64,000 nucleotides of DNA from assembly GCA_008501735.1 (NCBI GenBank), contig QQUF01000045.1, forward strand, positions 5,735 through 69,734, in the 5' to 3' direction. Source of the DNA: Calditrichota bacterium. Its GTDB lineage: Bacteria > CLD3. The notes beneath the pieces were generated by a model. That model saw only the letters and a list, made by a program, of their open reading frames with translations. It was not told where the DNA came from and made no database searches. The position numbers and the translations under genes are program-made. Below are positions 46,339 to 56,204 of this stretch, one piece after another; within the stretch, counting starts at the first letter, position 1; each line of letters starts with the position of its first letter.

Positions 46339-46509
46339 ATTCCAACCAATCTTAGTTTTAATTTTAATTGAACAAAAAAGTAAAAGATAAATTTTAGTAA
46401 CTCAATCATAAAATCCGACTATTCGTTTACCTTTTGGCTAAAAAGAAAAATTACTTATCTTTAGCCCTCCAAAAAAGAACTCTAAATTAGCTTAACCGAA
46501 AGAATCCTC

Positions 46510-49254
46510 TTGTTACAAAATCATCCTTATTCTGACTTTATTCACAAAGTCGCAAAACCTGCTCGTTACCTTGGTGGCGAATACAACTCTGTTGTGAAAG
46601 ATTTCAACTCTGTTGACGTTACAATGTGTTTGGCGTTTCCTGACCTTTACGACATCGGAATGAGCCATCTCGGAACAAAAATCCTTTACAATATTCTTTG
46701 TAAAAATGAAAAAATTCTTGTTGAAAGAGCTTTCACTCCTTGGCTTGACCTTGAAAAAGAACTTCGTGAAAGAGATTTGCCTCTGCTCTCTTTGGAAACT
46801 CATAAAAGATTTATTGATTTTGATGTTGTTGGATTTTCATTACAGTACGAACTGACCTTCACAAACATTTTAACAATGCTTGACCTTTCAGGAATTCCAT
46901 TTAGAAGCAAAGACAGAAATTTAGATTTTCCACTTTTGATTGCTGGTGGACCAAGTGCAACTCACCCAGAAGCAATTGCAGATTTTATTGATGTTTTTCT
47001 TCTCGGCGATGCAGAAGAAAAACTACCCGAATTGCTTTTGAAGTACGCTGAACTCAAAGAAGCTAATTTAAACAAAACTGAAATTTTAGTCGAACTTTCA
47101 AAAATCGGCGGGCTTTACATTCCAGCTCTTTACGAAACTGAAATCTCTGATTTTGGATTTGAAATTGTAACGAATCCTAAATTTGAAGGCGTTCCCGAGA
47201 AGCCACAAAGAGTAATTCTTGAAGACATTAACAGATTTCCATTTCCAGATGACAGTCCAGTTGCAGCAGCAGAAGCGATTTTTGACAGAATGAGTGTTGA
47301 AATTGCAAGAGGTTGTACAGAAGGTTGTAGATTTTGTCAAGCAGGAATGATTTACAGACCTGTTCGCGAAAGAGACCCAAATCAAATTGTTGACACTTTA
47401 GTTTCAGCAATCAAAAAAGGCGGTTACGACGAAGCAAGTTTGACTACTCTTTCAACTGCTGATTACTCGTGCATTTCGCCTTTAATCAAAAAAGTTAATG
47501 AGAAGTTACGTCCAGAAAAAGTTTCACTTTCAGTTGCAAGTTTACGTGCTTACGGATTAACAGAAGATGTTTTAGATGAAATTTCTTCTGTAAAAAATTC
47601 AGGTTTGACTTTCGCACCAGAAGCAGGAACGCAAAGAATGCGAGATGTAATTAATAAAAATATTTCAGAAGCAGACATTCTCAAAACTGCTGAAAATGTT
47701 TTCTCACGTGGTTGGCAAAGAGTCAAACTTTATTTTATGATTGGACTTCCAACAGAGGAAAAAGAAGACATTGCAGGAATCGCAAAAATGGGAATTCAAA
47801 TGCGAGACATTGCTTACAAATACCACAAAAAAGGTAGAGTGAACATTAATGTTTCGACTTCTTCTCACGTTCCAAAACCTCACACTCCTTTCCAGTGGTG
47901 TGCAATGGATTCGATTGAAACTATTGTTGAAAAGCAGAGATTTTTGAAAGACCTTTGCCGTTACAACAAACTCGACTTCAAATACCACAACCCTAAGACT
48001 TCTTATTTAGAGTGCATTGTTGGACGTGGTGACAGAAGAATTTCCGAAGTAATTGAAAAGGCTTGGGAAAAAGGTGCAAGATTTGACGGTTGGGATTCAG
48101 AATTAAAATTTGATGCTTGGCTCGAAGCACTTGAAGAAGTCGGTTTGGATTACGATATTTTTCTTGGAACAATTCCAGTTGACACTCAACTTCCTTGGGA
48201 CCATTTGGATATGCAACTTGAAGAAAAATTCCTCAAAACTGAATACAAAAGATCAATGAAAGACAAACTTTCGCCTCCTTGCGGAAAACCAGTTGGAGCT
48301 CAAGTTCACCACACAAATCTTGAAGATGCAGAAAATGACAACAAAATTCTTGTTTGTTACCACTGCGGAGTTACTTGCGATATGGATTTTATGCGACAAG
48401 AACGAAAAGATTTTCTAACAGAAATGGGTTCTTTCACGAAAGAAGATTTGAAGCCAAGTTTTGAAAAAACTGCTTTTAAATCTGCACAAGAAAGATACAA
48501 TTCTGGACTTGCTCCTCACGATTTCAAACAAGGTGAACCTGTGAAATACCGTCTTGGATTTGCGAAAAAAGGTGTTTTTGCAATGCAAGGTCATTTGGAT
48601 TTGATTCGTACTATTCCACGAATTTTCAAACGGGCAGAAATTGAACTTTTCTACTCAGAAGGTTTTAGTCCGAAACCACAAATGAGTTTTAGTTCAGCTC
48701 TGAGTCTTGGCGTTGAAGGTTTGCAAGAATTTATGGATATTTCTTTGCTTCACGAAATTCCTGTTGATGAGTTTTTTAGGAAACTTTCAGCAGTTGCTCC
48801 AGAAGGTTTTGAATTACTTTCTGTAACTCGTGTGCCAAAAGGTGAAAAAGGTATTTCAAAAGTAATTAAAGTTCTTGATTATATTTTAAGAGTTGATAAT
48901 TCAATTGAAAAAGATTTGTTTCAAGAGAAAATTAATAATTTCTTAGACTTAGAAACTTTGGATATCGAAATTGAAAGAAAAGGCAAAGTCAAAAAAGTTG
49001 ACGCTCGAAAAGTTGTTCGTGAAATCGAAATTCTAAATGAAAATGAAATCCCAAGCGATTTGATTCTTGGGCAGAAGGGTGGATTTTTTGTAAAAATTAG
49101 CATTAATAACATCGAATCAAGAGCTAAACCTTACGAAATTATCGAAGCAATTTTGGGTGAAGAGATTAACTACGAACCAACAAAAATGGCAAGAATTGGA
49201 AATTGGACTTTAGTTGACGGAAATTTACAGCCGATTTCTGAAGTTGTAAATTAA
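46510..49254 (+). CDS. radical SAM protein fused to a C-terminal DUF2344-like domain (TIGR03960/TIGR03936-like)
   Basis: 914 aa; radical SAM CxxxCxxC motif CTEGCRFCQAG; N-terminal B12-binding-like region; long C-terminal extension. Start codon appears to be TTG at 46510 (in-frame stop at 46483). Confidence 0.75.
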   Translation: MLQNHPYSDFIHKVAKPARYLGGEYNSVVKDFNSVDVTMCLAFPDLYDIGMSHLGTKILYNILCKNEKILVERAFTPWLDLEKELRERDLPLLSLETHKRFIDFDVVGFSLQYELTFTNILTMLDLSGIPFRSKDRNLDFPLLIAGGPSATHPEAIADFIDVFLLGDAEEKLPELLLKYAELKEANLNKTEILVELSKIGGLYIPALYETEISDFGFEIVTNPKFEGVPEKPQRVILEDINRFPFPDDSPVAAAEAIFDRMSVEIARGCTEGCRFCQAGMIYRPVRERDPNQIVDTLVSAIKKGGYDEASLTTLSTADYSCISPLIKKVNEKLRPEKVSLSVASLRAYGLTEDVLDEISSVKNSGLTFAPEAGTQRMRDVINKNISEADILKTAENVFSRGWQRVKLYFMIGLPTEEKEDIAGIAKMGIQMRDIAYKYHKKGRVNINVSTSSHVPKPHTPFQWCAMDSIETIVEKQRFLKDLCRYNKLDFKYHNPKTSYLECIVGRGDRRISEVIEKAWEKGARFDGWDSELKFDAWLEALEEVGLDYDIFLGTIPVDTQLPWDHLDMQLEEKFLKTEYKRSMKDKLSPPCGKPVGAQVHHTNLEDAENDNKILVCYHCGVTCDMDFMRQERKDFLTEMGSFTKEDLKPSFEKTAFKSAQERYNSGLAPHDFKQGEPVKYRLGFAKKGVFAMQGHLDLIRTIPRIFKRAEIELFYSEGFSPKPQMSFSSALSLGVEGLQEFMDISLLHEIPVDEFFRKLSAVAPEGFELLSVTRVPKGEKGISKVIKVLDYILRVDNSIEKDLFQEKINNFLDLETLDIEIERKGKVKKVDARKVVREIEILNENEIPSDLILGQKGGFFVKISINNIESRAKPYEIIEAILGEEINYEPTKMARIGNWTLVDGNLQPISEVVN

Positions 49255-49333
49255 AGCATTTGTAAAATTATAGATTTTGCAAAACCAATTTGCTATTTTT
49301 GTAAAATTTTAACCCCACACGGAGGATTTTAAA

Positions 49334-50278
49334 ATGAAGTTGTTACAACTTTTAATCGTTAGTTTAATTTTTGTCATCGGCTGTGGAAGCAATCCAGTTG
49401 AAGAAGCACTCAAAGAAATCAACGAAGGAAAACCTAACAAAGCAATTCGGATTTTGAGCAAAGCGGAAAATCCAACCCCAGAAATGAAAGACGTTCTTGC
49501 AAGAGCACGTTTACTTCAAGGTAAGATTGTTGTAGAAAAAACTCGTAAACCAGAAGTTGGTGAACGTGCAATGGAAGCTGCTGAAAAGGATTTGGAAGGC
49601 GTTACAATTTCTGCTGAGACAAAAAAAGTAAAAGAAGAATTTTTTATGGCAATGGCAGATGCTTTTAATAAACTCAAAGTTTATGACAAAGCATTCGAGT
49701 ATTACGATGAGCTTTTAAGTTTTGCACCAAATAATGCAGAAGCCAAAAAACAACTTGATGATTTAAGTAGTTCAAGAGGAAATTATTACCTTGAAAAAGC
49801 ACAAAATGCTTTCGACGATAAAGATGATGCTTTAAAATACGAAGCATTAAAAAACTTTCGTTTAGCTGAAAAGTACTTACCAAATGCAGTAGATTACGAT
49901 GATTTTTATCAAAAAATCTACAAAACTACAAGAAATATGTTCAGTTTTGACGACTACTCAATCAGAATCAATGACATTAAACAAGACAAAGAGTTGACAG
50001 GTGTTTTGATTGACATTCTTAACAACACAGAATCTGAAATGAATGTCAATGTTGACAATTTTAGTTTAGTTCTGAAAGATGGAAAAACTATTAAATACGA
50101 CGCAAAAAGTGCAGAAGACGGACTTAAGAAATTTGAATCCAAAAAACTCGCTTCATTTAAAAGCACAGGTGGAGTTGTTTTCTTTCAAGGCGGAAAAGAT
50201 ACCATCAAACCTTCTGACTTAGAAAAAATAACTTACACTGACGGCGATATCGAAATCGAAAAACACTTTGCTTTCTAA
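49334..50278 (+). CDS. hypothetical lipoprotein
   Basis: 314 aa; lipobox-like FVIGCGS after a hydrophobic signal sequence; ggagga ribosome-binding site 8 nt upstream. Confidence 0.5.
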   Translation: MKLLQLLIVSLIFVIGCGSNPVEEALKEINEGKPNKAIRILSKAENPTPEMKDVLARARLLQGKIVVEKTRKPEVGERAMEAAEKDLEGVTISAETKKVKEEFFMAMADAFNKLKVYDKAFEYYDELLSFAPNNAEAKKQLDDLSSSRGNYYLEKAQNAFDDKDDALKYEALKNFRLAEKYLPNAVDYDDFYQKIYKTTRNMFSFDDYSIRINDIKQDKELTGVLIDILNNTESEMNVNVDNFSLVLKDGKTIKYDAKSAEDGLKKFESKKLASFKSTGGVVFFQGGKDTIKPSDLEKITYTDGDIEIEKHFAF

Positions 50279-50311
50279 ACCTTAGTTCTTAATTTTCAAT
50301 AAAATTTTTAA

Positions 50312-50347
50312 AACTTCCATTTAGAAATTAAATGGAAGTTTTCTTTT
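50312..50347 (+). terminator. intrinsic terminator after the lipoprotein gene
   Basis: aacttccattta-gaaat-taaatggaagtt perfect hairpin followed by ttcttttat. Confidence 0.5.
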
Positions 50348-50398
50348 ATCATTTTGTTTCTATAAATCAATTTTTAATAATTCTCTGAAAGTTTTTTT

Positions 50399-50848
50399 AT
50401 GTCTAAAGCAAACAAAGAAGCATTGCAAATTCTCAAAAAATACCTTAAGAAAAATAATATGCGTTACACTCCAGAACGTGAAATTATTTTGAACGAGGTT
50501 CTTGCAATAAAATCTCACATCGAAGCAGATTCACTTTTTGCAAAACTTCACAACAAAGGAGTTAGAGTTTCACGTGCTACTGTTTACAGAACTTTGGATT
50601 TACTTATCAAATGCGGTTTGGCAGAAAAAAATTCTTTTGGACAAAACCACGCTCACTACGAACCAATTTTCGGTCAAGACCACCACGACCATTTAATCTG
50701 TAATTTTTGTGAAAAAGTTATTGAATTTCACAACGAGGAAATTGAAAGAATACAAAACCAAATTTGTAAAAATTTTGATTTTAAACCATTAAGCCATACA
50801 CATCAAATCTTTGGGGTTTGTTCCGATTGTCAAAAGGAAGACAACTAA
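50399..50848 (+). CDS. fur: Fur-family metal-responsive transcriptional regulator
   Basis: 149 aa; winged-helix region (RATVYRTLDLLIKCGL); metal-site motifs HYEPIFGQDHHDHLICNFC and C-x2-C at the C-terminus (VCSDCQ). Confidence 0.8.
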   Translation: MSKANKEALQILKKYLKKNNMRYTPEREIILNEVLAIKSHIEADSLFAKLHNKGVRVSRATVYRTLDLLIKCGLAEKNSFGQNHAHYEPIFGQDHHDHLICNFCEKVIEFHNEEIERIQNQICKNFDFKPLSHTHQIFGVCSDCQKEDN

Positions 50849-50852
50849 TTCA

Positions 50853-51530
50853 ATGAAACCAGTTTTACTTATCGCAGCCAAAAACCCTCTTCCAGGAAAT
50901 GTTAAAACAAGGTTGACTCCAGATATTTCACACAAACAAGCATCTGAACTCTACACCTGTTTTTTGCAAGATTTGGTGGAAAGAGTTTTTTCACTCACTG
51001 AGTTTGAAACTTACATTTCTTTTAGCCAGAATTCTGAAACAGATTTGGAAGATTTGAAAAAGTTACTTCCTTATCCAAATTTGAAATTCCAAATTCAAGA
51101 AGGAAGCGATTTGGGTGAAAAGCTCAAAAATTCCTTTGATTACTTTTTCAGTTTAGGTTATAACAGAATTGTAATTGTTGGAAGCGACCACCCAGATTTA
51201 CCTTTAAATATTTTACATAAGGCTTTTGAAAACCTGCAAAAAAGTAATGCAGTTATCGGACCTGCAAATGATGGAGGTTATTACTTAATTGGTTTGAGCA
51301 AACCTGAAACCGATGTTTTTGAAAATATTGATTGGAGTACGGCAGTTGTTTTTTCGCAAACAATTGAGAAATTTGCTGATTTAAAACTTAGCCACGATGT
51401 TTTAAGAGTTTGGTCAGATGTTGACGATTACGAAGCTTTACTTAAATTTTGGGACAAACTCCCAAAAGGCGTTTGTCCGAGAACAGAAGACTTTTTAGAA
51501 AACCTATTTAAGAATGTTCAAAAAGTTTAA
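50853..51530 (+). CDS. DUF2064-family glycosyltransferase-like protein (TIGR04282-like)
   Basis: ORF track gives 50811; start at ATG 50853 (MKPVLLIAAKNPLPGNVKTRL) chosen because it follows the fur stop; motifs IVIVGSDHPDLP and GPANDGGYYLIGL. Confidence 0.55.
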   Translation: MKPVLLIAAKNPLPGNVKTRLTPDISHKQASELYTCFLQDLVERVFSLTEFETYISFSQNSETDLEDLKKLLPYPNLKFQIQEGSDLGEKLKNSFDYFFSLGYNRIVIVGSDHPDLPLNILHKAFENLQKSNAVIGPANDGGYYLIGLSKPETDVFENIDWSTAVVFSQTIEKFADLKLSHDVLRVWSDVDDYEALLKFWDKLPKGVCPRTEDFLENLFKNVQKV

Positions 51531-52683
51531 AGTTATTGAATTAGCAAGTGTTCTCGCAGGACCTTCTGTAGGAATGTTTTTCGCTGAACTTGGAGCAACA
51601 GTCCTTAAGGTTGAAAACCCTAAAACTAATGGTGATGTTACTCGAAGTTGGAAACTAAAATCCGAATCAAAAGAGAATGATGTTACAGCTTATTTTTCAA
51701 GTGTAAATTGGGGAAAAAAATCGATTGGAATTGATTTTTCTAAAAAAGAAGGTCAGGAGATTATTTATGATTTAGTGAAAGATGCTGACCTAGTTATTTC
51801 GAGTTTCAAGCCAAAAGATGATGTAAAATTTAACCTCGATTACTCTACTCTTTCAAAAATAAATCCAAAATTAATTTATGCCCAAATCACTGGATTTGGA
51901 CTTGATTCGGACAAAACAGGTTACGACGCAATTGTTCAAGCTGCAACAGGTTTTATGTTTATGAATGGTGAGAAAGGTTCGATTCCAACCAAAATGCCAG
52001 TTGCTTTAATGGACGTTTTGTCTTCTCACCAACTCAAAGAAGCGGTTCTTTTGGCAATAATTCAAAGAATGCAAACGGGAAAAGGTTCATTTGTAACAAC
52101 TTCGCTTTATAACACTGGACTTGCATCGCTTGTAAACCAAGCAACGAACTGGTTAGTTGGTAAAAAAGTCCCACAAAGAATCGGTTCTGAACACCCGAAC
52201 ATTGTTCCTTACGGAAGTATTTTTATCACAAAAGACAAAAAAGAAATTGTCCTTGCAATTGGGAATGACAGACAATTCCAAGCCATTTGTAAAATCTTGG
52301 GAAACAGTAATTTAGCCTTTGAAGAAAAGTTCAAACATAATTTTAACAGAGTCCAAAATAGAAAAGAAACTCAAAATGAATTGGCTAAACTAATTTCCAA
52401 TTTTGAAAGGGATTTCTTGATTAATGAATTAGATAAAAATCAAATTCCTGCAAGTGGTATTTTTGATTTAAAAGAAGTTTTTGAGCAAGAACTTTCGCAA
52501 AAAATGATTTTAAAATCTGATGAAATTTTAGGTGTAAGAAGTGTTGCTTTTGACGGAATTGAAAAAGTCCGGGAAATTGCTAAACCTCCTCACTTTAACG
52601 AACACTCAAAAGAAATTTTAGAGGAAGTTTTAAACTACCCTAAGGAGAAAATTTCCGAATTAGAAAAGTTAAAAATTATTTAA
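51514..52683 (+). CDS. CoA-transferase family III (CaiB/BaiF) protein
   Basis: 389 aa; N-terminal KVIELASVLAGPSVGMFFAELGATVLKVENP typical of family III CoA-transferases. Confidence 0.8.
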   Translation: MFKKFKVIELASVLAGPSVGMFFAELGATVLKVENPKTNGDVTRSWKLKSESKENDVTAYFSSVNWGKKSIGIDFSKKEGQEIIYDLVKDADLVISSFKPKDDVKFNLDYSTLSKINPKLIYAQITGFGLDSDKTGYDAIVQAATGFMFMNGEKGSIPTKMPVALMDVLSSHQLKEAVLLAIIQRMQTGKGSFVTTSLYNTGLASLVNQATNWLVGKKVPQRIGSEHPNIVPYGSIFITKDKKEIVLAIGNDRQFQAICKILGNSNLAFEEKFKHNFNRVQNRKETQNELAKLISNFERDFLINELDKNQIPASGIFDLKEVFEQELSQKMILKSDEILGVRSVAFDGIEKVREIAKPPHFNEHSKEILEEVLNYPKEKISELEKLKII

Positions 52684-52685
52684 AA

Positions 52686-54818
52686 CTAAAAGTCAAACTT
52701 GCCTTGATTTGGGTCAATTTTCTTTAAGTTAAATTTAATTTTACCAACAATATCTTTTTCATCAAGTTTTTCATTGTTCTTAGTTTTTGGTTTTTCTTCA
52801 AGTGCTTTCTTAGGCTCTTGAGTTACCGTTTTGGGTTCAGAAGTTGCTTGAATTTTCTTTTGGGTTTCGGCTGAATTGCTTTCATTTTCCTCTTTTGCCT
52901 GTTCTAATTCAGCAGTTTGCGAATTATTTAGGATTCTAAATTTTATGATATTTTTTGTCGCAATTCTAACACCTTTTGCTCCAACTCCTTTTATTAAAAA
53001 GTCATCTGCTAAGAAGTCATTGAATAAAACTTTCATTCCTTTTGTCTTTTCATACTCTGCTCTAAAAGCAAAATTCTCTTTCCAATTGAATTGCTCTAAT
53101 TTGTTCGATTTTGAATCAAATAAATTGTATTCTTTTTCTAAAATGAATTTTGAGATTTGAAATCTTTTGATGTAACAATAATTTGATTTTTTATCTCTAT
53201 AAATTAGATTAAAAGTAATTTCTTTGCTCACAACGTCGAAGTAAAGTAAGCCTTTTCCAACAAAAAGTTTGTCAGGAACATTGATAACTTTATAAATTCC
53301 GTCTTTGAAAATCATTAAAATCTTATGGTAAGGAGAAGTTTCAATAAACTTATCGCTTTTAACACTTGAACCAATAAAACCACTTGCTTTGTCATAGCCA
53401 AGTTTTGTGTTTTTAATAGCAACTTCTTTCAAAGTAATTTCCTCGAAACTCGAAATCTTAGTTTTACGGGAATAATTTTTGCCAAATTTGTCAAGAATTG
53501 CTTGGACGTAATTAATTGAATAAGTGATAATATTTTTGAGATTCGCTTTAATTTCGCGAATCTTTTTGTTGATTTCCTTTACTTCTTTACGATTTTTTTC
53601 AATGTCATAACGCGAGATTCTTTTGATTTGAATTTGCAATAATTTTTCAACGTCGTCCAAATTAACGTCTCTTTGGAGTAACTCACGAAAATTATTCACA
53701 CCGTCTAAAACTGCTTTCTGAGTTGCTTCGTAAGTTTTACACTCTTCAATATCTTTGTAAATTCTGTTTTCAATAAAAATTTGTTCTAAGGTTTTAAAAT
53801 GAAGCTTTTCTTGATTTTTGTCCAAATCAATTTGAAGTTCTTTTCTAAGATTTTCGACTAAAAGCTCGGTACATCTTTGCAGAACATCGTTAATATTTCT
53901 AAAAATCGGCTTTCCATTTTCAATGACAATCAAGTTTACGCTTGTAGAAATTTCGCAATCGGTAAAAGCATAAAGTGCTTTAATTGCATCTTGAGCGTCA
54001 TAACCTTTTGACAAAGTAATTTCGATTTCAACATTTTCAGAAGTAAAATCATTTATCGAATTGATTTTGATTTTATTCTTTTTCGCTGCATTTTCGATTG
54101 AAGTGATTAAACTATCGGTTGTTGTTCCGTAAGGAATTTCCTTAATCACGAGAACTTTGTTTGCACTTTGTTCAATGATTGCACGAATTTTTACTTTTCC
54201 GTTTCCTTTTTCATATTCACTAACATCAATTAAACCACCTTGTAAAAAATCAGGAAAAATCTCAAATTCTTCTTCTTTTAAAAATTTGATTTGAGCTTCA
54301 AGAACTTCGTTGAAATTATGTGGAAGGACTTTTGTTGACATTCCAACAGCAATTCCTTCTGTTCCTGCAAGAAGTAAGTAAGGGATTTTGCAAGGAAAAA
54401 CTAAAGGCTCAAGATTCCTTCCATCGTAACTGTCCAAAAATTCTGTTATTTCTTTGCTGTAAAGAACTTCTTTTGCCAAAGGAGTCAAACGGCACTCAAT
54501 GTAACGAGCCGCAGAAGCTGAATCTCCTGTAAAAATATTCCCAAAGTTTCCTTGTTTTTCGATAAAATAATCTTTGTTAGCGATGTTTACCAAAGCGGAA
54601 TAAATTGAAGCATCTCCGTGAGGGTGATATTTCATTGTGTTTCCAACAACGTTTGCAACTTTATGAAATTTACCGTCGTCCATTTCATTCAAAGAGTGCA
54701 TAATTCTTCTTTGAACGGGCTTTAAACCATCTTCAATTTGTGTTATTGCTCTGTCTTTAATTACGTAAGAAGCGTACTCGATGAAATTTTGATTCATCAA
54801 GGGTTTTAGGTATTTCAT
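52686..54818 (-). CDS. parC: type IIA DNA topoisomerase subunit A (ParC/GyrA-like; short C-terminal domain suggests topoisomerase IV)
   Basis: 710 aa; GLKPVQRRIMHSL, KYHPHGDASIYSALVNIA and active-site tyrosine context AARYIECRL; no gyrB/parE neighbour in the window. Confidence 0.65.
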   Translation of the reverse strand: MKYLKPLMNQNFIEYASYVIKDRAITQIEDGLKPVQRRIMHSLNEMDDGKFHKVANVVGNTMKYHPHGDASIYSALVNIANKDYFIEKQGNFGNIFTGDSASAARYIECRLTPLAKEVLYSKEITEFLDSYDGRNLEPLVFPCKIPYLLLAGTEGIAVGMSTKVLPHNFNEVLEAQIKFLKEEEFEIFPDFLQGGLIDVSEYEKGNGKVKIRAIIEQSANKVLVIKEIPYGTTTDSLITSIENAAKKNKIKINSINDFTSENVEIEITLSKGYDAQDAIKALYAFTDCEISTSVNLIVIENGKPIFRNINDVLQRCTELLVENLRKELQIDLDKNQEKLHFKTLEQIFIENRIYKDIEECKTYEATQKAVLDGVNNFRELLQRDVNLDDVEKLLQIQIKRISRYDIEKNRKEVKEINKKIREIKANLKNIITYSINYVQAILDKFGKNYSRKTKISSFEEITLKEVAIKNTKLGYDKASGFIGSSVKSDKFIETSPYHKILMIFKDGIYKVINVPDKLFVGKGLLYFDVVSKEITFNLIYRDKKSNYCYIKRFQISKFILEKEYNLFDSKSNKLEQFNWKENFAFRAEYEKTKGMKVLFNDFLADDFLIKGVGAKGVRIATKNIIKFRILNNSQTAELEQAKEENESNSAETQKKIQATSEPKTVTQEPKKALEEKPKTKNNEKLDEKDIVGKIKFNLKKIDPNQGKFDF

Positions 54819-54940
54819 AAAGTTAAACCGTAAGTTGAAAAGGTTGATTTGGGAGTAATAAAATAAGGTCTAAAAATAAGAAAAGTGGGTTGGCTTACAA
54901 ATCATTTTATTTAAAGAATTAATAATTTTGGTATAAAAAA

Positions 54941-54963
54941 AGCCTAACAAAATTTGTTAGGCT
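54941..54963 (-). terminator. intrinsic terminator for the minus-strand coiled-coil gene
   Basis: agcctaaca-aaatt-tgttaggct hairpin; on the minus strand it is followed by a U-run. Confidence 0.45.
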
Positions 54964-54970
54964 TGAATTT

Positions 54971-55999
54971 TTATTCTTCTTCAATTTCTTTGATTTTGGC
55001 TTTTAAATCCTTGACATCTTTAAAGACTTCTTCGATTTTTTCTTCCTTCTCACCGATGTAATTTTCGATTTTTGAGATGTAAGCATTATCGCTACCCTCA
55101 TAATTCTCAATTAATTCATCAAGGTAATCGATTTCATTTTCAAGTTTATCAAGTTCTTCTTCTTTTTTGCCAAGCATAAATTTGATTTTAGGCAATTTGT
55201 CTTGTAATCTTTTAGAATCATCTTCAAGCAAACTTCTGATTCTTCCGCGTGAAGTTGCAAAACTACCGTCTTTAATTCTTCCAATTGCCACATCGCCAGC
55301 TTTTTGAAGAATTTCGTGAACATCTTTATATTGTTTTCTTGTAAGAATTGAATTTTTGATTTCAGTTCTTACTTCTCTTATCATTTTTATTGCATCGTGT
55401 GGATTTTCTTCTGTCGCAATTGCTAAAATTTTATTTGCTTCTTCTGAAAGGTGATTAAAAGCAGTTTCGCCTATTTTTTCTCTTCTCGTCTCGTGGTCAT
55501 CTTTAGCTTTCTTCCAAGCGTTCCAACATTTTTTACGTTCAGTTCTAAGAAGGTAATCGCTTATTTTTTTTAGCTTGTTCAAACTTTTGATTAAAATATT
55601 GTTAGCTTTATCGAATTCACTTTGAGTATTAGCATCAGAACCTAACTCAACTGCTTTTTCGATTTGCTCCATTATTTCAGCAGCAATTTTTTCAGATTCA
55701 CCTCTTTTAGATTCCCATTCTTTATCTTGTTTTTTCCGAACATCATCACAAAGATGTTTAAATGTTCTCCACAAAACTTTTCGGTCATCTGGAAGTAACT
55801 CTAAAGTTTTAAACAACTTAGTTATTTCTTTTGCGTGAGTGAAAAAAAGTTTATAATCTCTTTTTCCGTCATCTCCAAAATGACTGTATTCTAAGTTATA
55901 AATTTCATCTCTGATTTGTTTATTATTTTGGTCGGCAATAACAATTTTATTGTCATTTTCGTTTTCGTTATTTGCGACATTTTCTGGTTGAGAATCCAT
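54971..55999 (-). CDS. hypothetical acidic coiled-coil protein
   Basis: 342 aa, no signal peptide, very E/K/D-rich with heptad-like periodicity; no recognisable catalytic motif. Confidence 0.45.
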   Translation of the reverse strand: MDSQPENVANNENENDNKIVIADQNNKQIRDEIYNLEYSHFGDDGKRDYKLFFTHAKEITKLFKTLELLPDDRKVLWRTFKHLCDDVRKKQDKEWESKRGESEKIAAEIMEQIEKAVELGSDANTQSEFDKANNILIKSLNKLKKISDYLLRTERKKCWNAWKKAKDDHETRREKIGETAFNHLSEEANKILAIATEENPHDAIKMIREVRTEIKNSILTRKQYKDVHEILQKAGDVAIGRIKDGSFATSRGRIRSLLEDDSKRLQDKLPKIKFMLGKKEEELDKLENEIDYLDELIENYEGSDNAYISKIENYIGEKEEKIEEVFKDVKDLKAKIKEIEEE

Positions 56000-56159
56000 A
56001 CAAATTGCTCCTGTGTTTGATAAATATTAACAAGAAGCTACCTGACTAATTTTGATAGTCAGCAACTTACATTATTTTAAAGCCTTTGAATTTACTAAAT
56101 AATCTCTTTAATCAAAATACAATAAATAAAATTTTATTAACGATTTTGTAAACAAAAAA

Positions 56160-56181
56160 AGCAAGACAAAATGCCTTGCTT
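56160..56181 (-). terminator. probable intrinsic terminator downstream of pspA
   Basis: agcaag/cttgct stem; on the minus strand followed by a U-run. Confidence 0.35.
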
Positions 56182-56204
56182 TTTTATTTTTCAAATAACT
56201 TTTC

